From positions 64,001 to 128,000 of the IMG/VR virus record IMGVR_UViG_3300008267_000004: a DNA stretch of 64,000 nucleotides; one strand, written 5' to 3'. This DNA comes from a virus. A model generated the notes under the pieces. The model was not told the DNA's origin, ran no database searches, and worked only from the letters and a program-made list of their open reading frames with translations. Both the position numbers and the translations under genes were made by a program. How positions within the stretch are numbered: position 1 is the stretch's first letter; each line of letters starts with the position of its first letter. Positions 38,585 through 45,819 of the stretch are shown piece by piece.

Positions 38585-38903
38585 CTACCCTCCGAAGATA
38601 TTTAAGAGGGATAACAAACTCTCCAGTATATTTATCATCCATGATCGTACATGAAATGAGTGGAAAGCCGTTACGTTGATAGAAGATGCTATTGATTGCT
38701 ACTATAGAATCTTGAAACACATAGTAATTTGTTCTAGCCAAATCTCCGACTTTCCACTCATTTGTCATAGCATCTATCGCTTTCTGTTTAGACGACGTGC
38801 TCGACGTTTCTTGCTTCCTAACTTCCTGCGTCCTTTTCGTGGACGGTTCTTGTGTGGATGTGCCATGTGTATCGCCTCCCTTCTTAATTGTAAATATTGC
38901 CAT
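38577..38903 (-). CDS. SH3/KOW-like array protein
   Basis: WKVGDLAR; real start may be MTNEWK. Confidence 0.5.
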   Translation of the reverse strand: MAIFTIKKGGDTHGTSTQEPSTKRTQEVRKQETSSTSSKQKAIDAMTNEWKVGDLARTNYYVFQDSIVAINSIFYQRNGFPLISCTIMDDKYTGEFVIPLKYLRRVDE

Positions 38904-39150
38904 TAAACAACCTCACGTATTCAGAGATTTCAGAATCTTTGAAACCTGCACTTGTGAGTTGGTTATACTTTTCTTCTGTGATCAAAAATTGCGGTTTGAC
39001 ATAACCTGTCAGTCCGTCACTCCATTCAATATAAGGAATTGAAGTGCCTAATCTAAAATTTTGAATAGTACCCGAAACATTTCCCTTATCACCATACTTA
39101 GTGGCTTCGGGGCATACGACGCTGGTTCCTACCTTATAGATGCTCGACAT
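38884..39150 (-). CDS. SH3/KOW-like array protein
   Basis: YKVGTSV...GTIQ...YIEWSDG. Confidence 0.6.
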   Translation of the reverse strand: MSSIYKVGTSVVCPEATKYGDKGNVSGTIQNFRLGTSIPYIEWSDGLTGYVKPQFLITEEKYNQLTSAGFKDSEISEYVRLFNGNIYN

Positions 39151-39180
39151 ATGTTATTTCCTCGCTGAAAAGACACCGCC

Positions 39181-39209
39181 AGTATATCACGGGCCGGTTT
39201 AGAAGTCAA
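39181..39209 (-). promoter_or_regulatory. sigma70 promoter inside the array
   Basis: TTGACT-17 bp-TATACT. Confidence 0.75.
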
Positions 39210-39492
39210 GAACTTTTTTACCGTCAGGATTTATTAGAAACTGTAAATAATTATCTCTGAATCTATTAACATCATAAATATCATGTGGGACAATAGATTC
39301 CTTCCCTCCCTCCCACCATAACACTTCTGCATATATCCCATCTGATTGGAAATTTTGAACACATCCCATAATGTATTCACCACCATCAGAAAAAAATTGT
39401 TCAGATAGTTTGGTAACACCAGCAACCCGGTACAGCACCAGATCCCCTACTTTGTATTTTATTTTTCTCTGAGTTTTCTGTTTATGTCGCAT
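39199..39492 (-). CDS. SH3/KOW-like array protein
   Basis: YKVGDLV...EVLWW. Confidence 0.6.
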   Translation of the reverse strand: MRHKQKTQRKIKYKVGDLVLYRVAGVTKLSEQFFSDGGEYIMGCVQNFQSDGIYAEVLWWEGGKESIVPHDIYDVNRFRDNYLQFLINPDGKKVLDF

Positions 39493-39505
39493 ACCAGCCG
39501 CCGCA

Positions 39506-39781
39506 TTATCCGCTTGCTTCTAGTTCTTTTTGACACACCTCGCTAAATTCAAGATACTTCTCTCGATACTCAAGAACATCTTTTTCAGCGAAGGCTTCAT
39601 CATCACCTTCATTATCTGACCATACAAGACGATAATAATATCCACTAGTATCAAAGTTGGTAGGAATTAAAACTTCAGTAATTTCACCAATTGCATATTG
39701 TCCTTCTACTATATTTTGCTTATCATCAAAGTAATCATCTAATACAATTTCACCAACTTTGAATTTTGGTTGTGGTCTCAT
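39506..39781 (-). CDS. SH3/KOW-like array protein
   Basis: PKFKVGEIV...IGEITEV...YRLVWSD. Confidence 0.6.
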   Translation of the reverse strand: MRPQPKFKVGEIVLDDYFDDKQNIVEGQYAIGEITEVLIPTNFDTSGYYYRLVWSDNEGDDEAFAEKDVLEYREKYLEFSEVCQKELEASG

Positions 39782-39789
39782 ATTAAATC

Positions 39790-40188
39790 CTAAAACTTGT
39801 AAGTCCCAATCATGGTTTCATCAACACTATAAACAACCTTAGAAATTCCTCGTTCCTCAAGCAAAGCATGGCACATATTGCAGGGTTTGCTCATACGCAT
39901 CGAACCATCCTTCTTAGACGCACGAACAACATACATCGTTGCACCCTTTGTTACGCTACGATCAAGGCCAAGTATGGCTGAAATCTCAGCGTGATAAGTG
40001 CTGTGTCCCTTATCACTATGCCTAAACTTAGCACCAACACTAGAATACTTCTCGTTATTAACACCCAAGCCGAGGATTGCCGAACCCTTTTCAAGAACTG
40101 CACCATGCCGAAAATTACCGTATTCGCTACTAACAGCGAGTTTTTGTGCCAACTTGGAGTAACCTCCGAATCTTCTTAGATGCATCAC
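39790..40188 (-). CDS. Zn-dependent cytidine/dCMP/tRNA deaminase superfamily protein
   Basis: HGAVL, G.N, HAE, SKPCNMC. Confidence 0.85.
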   Translation of the reverse strand: MMHLRRFGGYSKLAQKLAVSSEYGNFRHGAVLEKGSAILGLGVNNEKYSSVGAKFRHSDKGHSTYHAEISAILGLDRSVTKGATMYVVRASKKDGSMRMSKPCNMCHALLEERGISKVVYSVDETMIGTYKF

Positions 40189-40490
40189 TCAGGCTGAATA
40201 TCGTTTCCATCGAGATCCTCCGGCTTAAAATGAAGCCCCATAGCTTCGTTAATACACTTCATCATGAACTTACCAGAACGAACAAATGCCTCTTTTTCAT
40301 ATCCTGGCATTGATTCGTCTGACCACTCAATTGCATATAATTTTGTAGATTCATCATAACCAACAACAGTTCCTACAATTGGTGATTCATGTTCTTGTGA
40401 CGGTTTTGCGTAGATCATATCACCATTCTTAATTTCTACTTTAGTCTCTGGCTTCTTCTTCATTTTCGTATCCCTCAAGTGTTTCCACAA
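40185..40490 (-). CDS. SH3/KOW-like array protein
   Basis: IKNGDMI...VGTVV...YAIEWSD. Confidence 0.6.
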   Translation of the reverse strand: MWKHLRDTKMKKKPETKVEIKNGDMIYAKPSQEHESPIVGTVVGYDESTKLYAIEWSDESMPGYEKEAFVRSGKFMMKCINEAMGLHFKPEDLDGNDIQPE

Positions 40491-40716
40491 GTAAATGTTT
40501 ATATCTAGCTATTGAACCGCTATCGTAGCTCATGAGTTCATCTTCGTCGTTCCAAAGAACATGATATTCTTTATATCCCTTAATAACACCTGGAGTAATT
40601 TCCGAAATATAACCAATAATTGGTACATCCATTGAATCAAAATAATCTGGCTCTACACACATAACCAGATCGCCAACTTTATGCTTTTCAAAATTTACTT
40701 TGTAACCACTAGGCAT
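40441..40716 (-). CDS. SH3/KOW-like array protein
   Basis: HKVGDLV...IGYISEI...YHVLWND. Confidence 0.6.
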   Translation of the reverse strand: MPSGYKVNFEKHKVGDLVMCVEPDYFDSMDVPIIGYISEITPGVIKGYKEYHVLWNDEDELMSYDSGSIARYKHLLVETLEGYENEEEARD

Positions 40717-40922
40717 GGCTCATTTACCTTATCTTCTACCCATTCTTCTGCAAACCAACCACAATCAACACCAAATTCACCTAAATCTTCAGAAGGCTCG
40801 CAGAAGTGAATAAGATAATCATTATATCTTCCACGATGATTTTTTTTCTTGATTATCACTCCAAGACCATAATATTCATCATATATCAATTGACCGTTCT
40901 TGAATTTGAATTGGCAATCCAT
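40695..40922 (-). CDS. SH3/KOW-like array protein
   Basis: FKNGQLI...LGVII...YLIHF. Confidence 0.6.
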   Translation of the reverse strand: MDCQFKFKNGQLIYDEYYGLGVIIKKKNHRGRYNDYLIHFCEPSEDLGEFGVDCGWFAEEWVEDKVNEPCLVVTK

Positions 40923-41157
40923 TTAACGCATCCTGATAGTTTTGAATAATCTCAGCAATAAAGTTTGCTTCGTCGCTGTACCAATCATCATCGTTATCGT
41001 CAAAGATGATGTTGTATGGGAATGAAGTATTAGGATTTTTATCTATCGCAACAATCACTCCAATAGAGGGTTGAAGAAATTTATGATCTTCTCTATCTGG
41101 TTTTGGTAGAAACAAAACAGGTGTACCAACTTTATAATCCGTATCCATATTCCTCAC
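40879..41157 (-). CDS. SH3/KOW-like array protein
   Basis: YKVGTPV...IGVIVAI...YNIIFDD...WY. Confidence 0.6.
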   Translation of the reverse strand: MRNMDTDYKVGTPVLFLPKPDREDHKFLQPSIGVIVAIDKNPNTSFPYNIIFDDNDDDWYSDEANFIAEIIQNYQDALNGLPIQIQERSIDI

Positions 41158-41395
41158 TCAACCTTTCAGCTTCTTCTGGCATCATCTTGCCGTTAACAGC
41201 TTGTTTCCAATACAGTTCAACCCAAGGTTCTTCATACCATGAATCTTCATCATCTTCCCAGATGATTCTGTATACGTATTCGTTGTCCTCTTCTTTTATG
41301 TCCACAATTGCGCCCAACTGTGGGGTCATAATTTTTTCGTAATTGGGTCCAGTATCTATATAACAAACAACTGGAGTTCCTATCTTAAGGATCAT
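41132..41395 (-). CDS. SH3/KOW-like array protein
   Basis: LKIGTPV...LGAIVDI...YRIIWED...WY; close to 40879-41157. Confidence 0.6.
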   Translation of the reverse strand: MILKIGTPVVCYIDTGPNYEKIMTPQLGAIVDIKEEDNEYVYRIIWEDDEDSWYEEPWVELYWKQAVNGKMMPEEAERLSEEYGYGL

Positions 41396-41599
41396 TGTTT
41401 TTCCTTTAGGTCAAGAAAAGTCAATTTCATGGGTTATATTTTTCCACAATATTAATATCCAACAAGATACCACACCAAGGACAATACGTAATTGGTTGTG
41501 GTTCCATGATTAAATAGAATCTATCAACTTCGTAATTAAAATAGATTCCATAACGTTCAGACTCATCACAACATTTTACGTCTACTGTATCGTTTGCCA

Positions 41600-41845
41600 T
41601 TATGCCTTCCTGTTCCGCTCATTGTGCTTACGGAGCCTTTCTGAGTTTCTTTTAGCTAACAACGTAGCCGTCTTTAGCTGTTGCATTAATCTGATATGCC
41701 TATCTTGTTTTGCACGCTCCATATCCTTTATAAACCTACGATCAAGAACCCAGCTTTCAATCTTTGGAAGAATAAAGAGGTTCCAGATGTTAAAGAAGAA
41801 GATAGTACAGTTAATGAAAATAATCATATACAGTACATCACGCAT
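41600..41845 (-). CDS. Small membrane protein
   Basis: N-terminal TM segment, basic tail. Confidence 0.55.
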   Translation of the reverse strand: MRDVLYMIIFINCTIFFFNIWNLFILPKIESWVLDRRFIKDMERAKQDRHIRLMQQLKTATLLAKRNSERLRKHNERNRKA

Positions 41846-42186
41846 TACGCCTTACCCTTGTGATTGGTGTTACCCTCAAACACGGCAACAGTCTGATAAG
41901 CAAAACCGGGTGACGACTTAAGTCCATGACCAATCTGGCATGACTTACCCTTGTGGAAACCGCTGTTTACCTGCCAGAAATCAATATAGGCAGCACGATC
42001 AGCTTCCGTATTGAAGCGCATAATGGACACGCCTGCCTGCTTACCGTCAGAATTCTGCACACCAGCATAACGAACAGTAGTCTCGTCGCTGCAATCAACA
42101 CAGTGAGTAGACAAACCACCAGCAGCACGCTTTGCCTTACTAAACGTATCAAACTCACCACCACACTCAACACATTCGCGGATCAT
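41845..42186 (-). CDS. Zinc-finger hypothetical protein (start refined to MIRECVEC)
   Basis: CVEC...CVDC; directly behind a promoter. Confidence 0.65.
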   Translation of the reverse strand: MIRECVECGGEFDTFSKAKRAAGGLSTHCVDCSDETTVRYAGVQNSDGKQAGVSIMRFNTEADRAAYIDFWQVNSGFHKGKSCQIGHGLKSSPGFAYQTVAVFEGNTNHKGKA

Positions 42187-42230
42187 ATAAACCTCTGAAA
42201 AAGTGGTATAAGCGCCCAAACCCAGCAGAT

Positions 42231-42286
42231 AGTATAGCAAAAACTGGCTGTGAAGTCAACCAGGAAAAAAACTGCACGGATAGAAC
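42231..42286 (-). promoter_or_regulatory. sigma70 promoter with variant box (TTCTATCC)
   Basis: TTGACT (42259-42254)-17 bp-TATACT (42236-42231). Confidence 0.8.
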
Positions 42287-42317
42287 AAAAAAACCCCGCC
42301 TAACTTAATAGGCGGGG
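42287..42317 (-). terminator. Intrinsic terminator ending the tRNA operon
   Basis: CCCCGCCT/AGGCGGGG stem with T7 on the minus strand. Confidence 0.8.
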
Positions 42318-42535
42318 TAAGTGGAAACCACACTAGAATATAATAATGTGTAGCTTATCGGGTTTTGCCATCTCTTCGCGGGCAAGTCACTAGATGCACT
42401 TCAATAACTTTCTAGGCTCTCCATGGGAACATGGAAGGGATAAATGTATGTAAAAATAAAAAGTCCCAAAACCTAGACTGGTGTTCATCAGCATCGTAAA
42501 ACACCATTTACTGTAAAATATGTCCTATCCACTTA
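42318..42535 (-). ncRNA. Unclassified structured RNA, family Y copy C (divergent)
   Basis: Closing stem UAAGUGGA/UCCACUUA; core CUAGUGAC-UUGCC-CGCGAAGAGAU-GGCAA-AACCCGAUAAG. Confidence 0.55.
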
Positions 42536-42555
42536 GTTCTGAATTAAGTACAAAT

Positions 42556-42644
42556 TGGCGGAAAGTGTTGGATTTGAACCAACGGACCCTTTAGGGATCG
42601 ACAGTTTAGCAAACTGCTCGTTTAAGCCGCTCACGCAACTTTCC
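42556..42644 (-). tRNA. tRNA-Ser(GCT)
   Basis: Type II cloverleaf, G73, CCA. Confidence 0.95.
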
Positions 42645-42652
42645 ATGAAAAC

Positions 42653-42728
42653 TGGAGAGGGTAGTAAGATTCGCACTTACGATTGGGAGTTTTGCAGGCT
42701 CCTGCCTTACTCTCTTGGCTATACCCTC
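42653..42728 (-). tRNA. tRNA-Cys(GCA)
   Basis: Loop CTGCAAA, U73, CCA. Confidence 0.92.
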
Positions 42729-42731
42729 ATA

Positions 42732-42820
42732 TGGAGGAAGAAGTGAGATTCGAACTCACGGACCCTTGTGGGATCTCTTGTTTTCTAGACAAGTACCATA
42801 AACCGCTCGGTCATTCTTCC
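42732..42820 (-). tRNA. tRNA-Ser(AGA), rare A34 isoacceptor
   Basis: CTTGT-CTAGAAA-ACAAG arm, long variable arm, U73, CCA. Confidence 0.88.
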
Positions 42821-42827
42821 AAAAAAT

Positions 42828-42903
42828 TGGTAGGTTCAACAGGAATTGCACCTGTACTCTCTCGATTATCAGTCGAGTGCTTTACTAATTAAGCTATGAA
42901 CCC
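42828..42903 (-). tRNA. tRNA-Ile(GAT)
   Basis: CTCGA-CTGATAA-TCGAG arm, CCA. Confidence 0.92.
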
Positions 42904-42914
42904 TCACAAAGCAA

Positions 42915-43118
42915 GTAGTTAACAGGGACACTTCGACTATGGTCCCCAATGGGATCGAAGAAATGTCCTTTTCGATGGGTAACTATCTTCGCTGTTACCA
43001 CACTAGAGTTATTTTTTAGCTTTTAGGCCCATTCCAGATTCTAAGTCTAGGGGAACCAAGGGGGCTTAATCACCAACCCACCTATTATCCCACGCCAGGG
43101 ATTCATCTAGCTAACTAC
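42915..43118 (-). ncRNA. Unclassified structured RNA, family Y copy B
   Basis: Closing stem GUAGUUAGC/GUUAACUAC; UAGAUGAAU; CUAGUGU-GGUAAC-AGCGAAGAUA-GUUACC-CAUCGAAAAG. Confidence 0.7.
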
Positions 43119-43180
43119 AAAAAGTAACCCATCAGTTTGAGGATACTAAGTTTCAGCATAGCCTTGACAGGTTTTGTTAT

Positions 43181-43258
43181 TGGCGAGGAGTACGGGACTT
43201 GAACCCGTGATCTCTGGCGTGACAGGCCAGTGCTTTAAACCAACTAAGCTAACTCCCC
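43181..43258 (-). tRNA. tRNA-Asp(GTC)
   Basis: CTGGC-CTGTCAC-GCCAG arm, CCA. Confidence 0.95.
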
Positions 43259-43269
43259 ATTAAAAGATT

Positions 43270-43354
43270 TGGTAGGGTCAGTCGGATTCGAACCGACACT
43301 CCTTGCGGAACCAGATTTTGAGTCTAGCGTGGCTACCTGTTACACCATGACCCC
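43270..43354 (-). tRNA. tRNA-Leu(CAA)
   Basis: Type II cloverleaf, CCA. Confidence 0.95.
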
Positions 43355-43362
43355 ACAAAAAG

Positions 43363-43706
43363 AACAGCATAAGGTGTGTTACTACACCAAAAGGAACCCA
43401 TACTTGCTACTTTGCATACCTCACGTTATCATCCGCTTGGCACTGTTCTGCTTGTATGCCGGGCATTCTCCTATTCCCCAACCCAGCAGGACTGATTTAT
43501 TTACAATTAAGTTAGTCGTGGTTTACCTACTTAACCCGGCTGATTACGGTTTTGAACCATCTATAGTTTATCGGGGTTTCCATAGACAATTTTCAGTACG
43601 CTTTCGCTCTGTCCACGCTGGAAAACAGCTTAACTAACACCTGCCTAGGATTTCGTCCTACTCATTATAAGATGGCTACTCTTAAGCCAACTTCCCGTAT
43701 GCTGTT
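43363..43706 (-). ncRNA. Large structured RNA (344 nt) with 23S rRNA H43-like segment; GOLLD/ROOL-class candidate
   Basis: Closing stem AACAGCAUA/UAUGCUGUU; GGGAAGUUGGCUUAAGAGUAGCCAUCUUAUAAUGAGU at its 5' end; lies between two tRNAs. Confidence 0.65.
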
Positions 43707-43716
43707 TACAACTATT

Positions 43717-43791
43717 TGGTTCCGGTAGATGGATTCGAACCACCGTTCACAGATTCAAAGTCTGCTGTCCTGCCAGTTAGACGATACCGGA
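43717..43791 (-). tRNA. tRNA-Gln(TTG)
   Basis: GCAGA-CTTTGAA-TCTGT arm, CCA. Confidence 0.93.
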
Positions 43792-43796
43792 TCAAA

Positions 43797-43881
43797 TGGT
43801 GGGCAAGGTCGGAATCGAACCGACACTCCTTTCGGAACTGGCTTCTAAGACCAGCGCGGCTACCAGTTACGCCACCTGCCC
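43797..43881 (-). tRNA. tRNA-Leu(TAG)
   Basis: Type II cloverleaf, CCA. Confidence 0.95.
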
Positions 43882-43890
43882 ATACTACTA

Positions 43891-44289
43891 TTAGAAATCT
43901 ACAATCTTCTTGAATTCAGTACCCGGTTCCATAACCAAGGGTTCCTCGCGTACCTCTACCCAACCGCTGTAGTAGCCGTTTGATGAGTTACGGAATTCAA
44001 TCGTACAGTGACCCTTATCGGTCTTAACCTTGATCATGTTAACCTGGATAAGGTTATAGTTGTCCTCCCATGAATCCCCGCCAACATTCTCGTATTCAAG
44101 GAACTTGGCATTGTCAAACACCAGAGCGTTATCACAATGTTCAAACCATGAATTAGAACAACAATCACCGTAGGCGTTAAGGCTATACCACACACCATCA
44201 ACCTTCCACATCATAACGTCGCGGTTCTGGTTGATAAGCGCATCAGTAATCGTTTTGCCCACCATCGGCTCAAAATCATTATAACCCAT
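43891..44289 (-). CDS. Conserved phage hypothetical protein (possibly DUF7448-like)
   Basis: GDCCSNSWF and RNSSNGYYSG motifs. Confidence 0.7.
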   Translation of the reverse strand: MGYNDFEPMVGKTITDALINQNRDVMMWKVDGVWYSLNAYGDCCSNSWFEHCDNALVFDNAKFLEYENVGGDSWEDNYNLIQVNMIKVKTDKGHCTIEFRNSSNGYYSGWVEVREEPLVMEPGTEFKKIVDF

Positions 44290-44339
44290 AATACACCTAT
44301 ACGATTTGTGGCGGCTGGCAGGCCGCGTTAGACAAAATT

Positions 44340-44413
44340 TGGTGCTTCCACTCAGAATCGAACTGAGAACGCTGCGTTACAAAGGCAGAGTTATACCGTT
44401 TAACTATAGAAGC
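44340..44413 (-). tRNA. tRNA-Thr(TGT)
   Basis: Loop TTTGTAA, CCA. Confidence 0.9.
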
Positions 44414-44418
44414 ATGAT

Positions 44419-44632
44419 GAATCTGCAATTGAAAGATTGAATTTCAATGGGGTTTGCAAGCCCTATTCAACCCTTGTCGATGGCAAACGATCTTCGCTGT
44501 TTGCACACTAGCTGCTTTGTTTGTTAATTGCTCTGATGCCGCTTAACAGAGTTGGCAACTCCTAGTCGTCAGTTTGCATGGTGTAAGTAGCAAAACATCC
44601 ACTAAAGTTATTCATCTATCTTTTGCAGATTC
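44419..44632 (-). ncRNA. Unclassified structured RNA, family Y copy A
   Basis: 10-bp closing stem GAAUCUGCAA/UUGCAGAUUC; UAGAUGAAU; CUAGUGU-GCAAAC-AGCGAAGAUC-GUUUGC-CAUCGACAAG. Confidence 0.7.
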
Positions 44633-44636
44633 AAAT

Positions 44637-44711
44637 TGGTTGGAGAACTAGGATTCGAACCTAGATAGGCAGATTCAGAGTCTGCCGTCCTGCCCGTTAG
44701 ACGATTCCCCA
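44637..44711 (-). tRNA. tRNA-Gln(CTG)
   Basis: GCAGA-CTCTGAA-TCTGC arm, CCA. Confidence 0.95.
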
Positions 44712-44716
44712 ACAAA

Positions 44717-44793
44717 TGGCGAGGATAGTAGGAGTTGAACCTACAACTTCCAGACTCGTAATCTGGTACTCTCTCCAATTGAGTTATATCCCC
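44717..44793 (-). tRNA. tRNA-Arg(ACG)
   Basis: CCAGA-TTACGAG-TCTGG arm, CCA. Confidence 0.93.
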
Positions 44794-44797
44794 ATGT

Positions 44798-44871
44798 TGG
44801 CAGGTCGTGAAGGAATCGAACCCTCGTCAACTGATTTGGAGGCAGTTATGTTTCCATTACACTAACGACCC
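44798..44871 (-). tRNA. tRNA-Trp(CCA)
   Basis: Loop CTCCAAA, CCA end. Confidence 0.9.
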
Positions 44872-44878
44872 ACTAACC

Positions 44879-45259
44879 TTACGTTTCTGACTTTGTTTCC
44901 TCTGCTGGGGTTTCATCCTTAACATAACGCAGGGCAAGATGATTAAAGATATCTACCTTGACGTTATAACTAAGTTCAACCTCAACAATATCGCAGTTCA
45001 GATATGGATTGTGCTTCATATCAGCAAATGCACCAAAGTCAAACGTGCTAAATCTTCCATCCTGTCCACGCTTTAGAACAGCATTTCTTCCGTAATAATT
45101 ATCTTTGTATACATTGGTTAGATGTAGGTTAAGAGTCTTTAACGAATCCCACATTTTACCATGACGACCAAAACACGGCCAACTTGATCCAGATGAAAAA
45201 AGACCATCTTTACGACGACGAATCATATAGATTTTATTTTCTTCCTGCTTTTCCTTCAT
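44879..45259 (-). CDS. Hypothetical phage protein
   Basis: IRRRKDGLFSSGSSWP...GKMW motif; SD. Confidence 0.65.
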   Translation of the reverse strand: MKEKQEENKIYMIRRRKDGLFSSGSSWPCFGRHGKMWDSLKTLNLHLTNVYKDNYYGRNAVLKRGQDGRFSTFDFGAFADMKHNPYLNCDIVEVELSYNVKVDIFNHLALRYVKDETPAEETKSET

Positions 45260-45286
45260 ATTATCCTCAAGTAGTTAGAACATATT

Positions 45287-45361
45287 TGGTGACCCTACAG
45301 GGAATTGAACCCTGATCTAGAGATTGAGAATCTCTTGTCCTAACCTTTAGACGATAGGGCC
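45287..45361 (-). tRNA. tRNA-Glu(CTC)
   Basis: AGAGA-TTCTCAA-TCTCT arm, CCA. Confidence 0.93.
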
Positions 45362-45365
45362 AAAT

Positions 45366-45441
45366 TGGGGTGGACAACGGGAATCGAACCCGTATAGCCG
45401 GAGTCACAGTCCAGTACTTTAACCATTTAAGATATGTCCAC
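45366..45441 (-). tRNA. tRNA-His(GTG)
   Basis: Loop CTGTGAC, C73, CCA; encoded -1 base is U. Confidence 0.92.
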
Positions 45442-45446
45442 ACTTT

Positions 45447-45523
45447 TGGTTGAAACGGTGGGAGTCGAACCCACAATAATCTGCGTATGAGACAGATGCT
45501 TTAACCTGTTAAGCTACGTTTCA
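45447..45523 (-). tRNA. tRNA with CAT anticodon (elongator Met or Ile2; not initiator)
   Basis: TCTGT-CTCATAC-GCAGA arm, U1-A72 paired, CCA. Confidence 0.88.
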
Positions 45524-45530
45524 ACGATCT

Positions 45531-45605
45531 TGGTCGGAACAACAGGATTTGAACCTGTAACATTCTGCGTGTAAAGCAGACGCTCTACCATTGAGCTATG
45601 TTCCG
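45531..45605 (-). tRNA. tRNA-Val(TAC)
   Basis: TCTGC-TTTACAC-GCAGA arm, CCA. Confidence 0.93.
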
Positions 45606-45617
45606 ATAAAACAAAAT

Positions 45618-45694
45618 TGGTCGGGGTAGCAGGATTCGAACCTGCGACCTCTTGATCCCAAATCAAGCGCACTACCAAGCTGTGCTATACCCCG
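45618..45694 (-). tRNA. tRNA-Pro(TGG)
   Basis: CTTGA-TTTGGGA-TCAAG arm, CCA. Confidence 0.95.
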
Positions 45695-45698
45695 GTTA

Positions 45699-45785
45699 TG
45701 GTGGGAGATGAAGGAGTCGCGCCTACGGAGTCCCATGGACGATAGATTTACAGTCTACCCCGTCCCTCTAACGGTATAACCTCCC
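45699..45785 (-). tRNA. tRNA-Tyr(GTA), deviant T-loop
   Basis: GTAGA-CTGTAAA-TCTAT arm, long variable arm, T-loop CGCGACT, CCA. Confidence 0.85.
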
Positions 45786-45819
45786 ATTTCTAATTATCTT
45801 AACAGTCTCCAAAAAAAGT

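Noticed and set aside
29898-41395. Diversity-generating retroelement behind the small-gene array
   Set aside because: No reverse transcriptase in the window and no near-identical TR/VR pair differing at adenines was seen
43660-43696. A true 23S rRNA gene or fragment
   Set aside because: Similarity is limited to about 37 nt and the flanks are not rRNA-like; kept as a mimic hypothesis instead
44419-44632. Group I intron (CUGACGACUAG resembles the R element)
   Set aside because: The partner strand reads UAGUG rather than UAGUC, flanking tRNAs are complete so nothing is interrupted, and copies B and C lack the R-like motif
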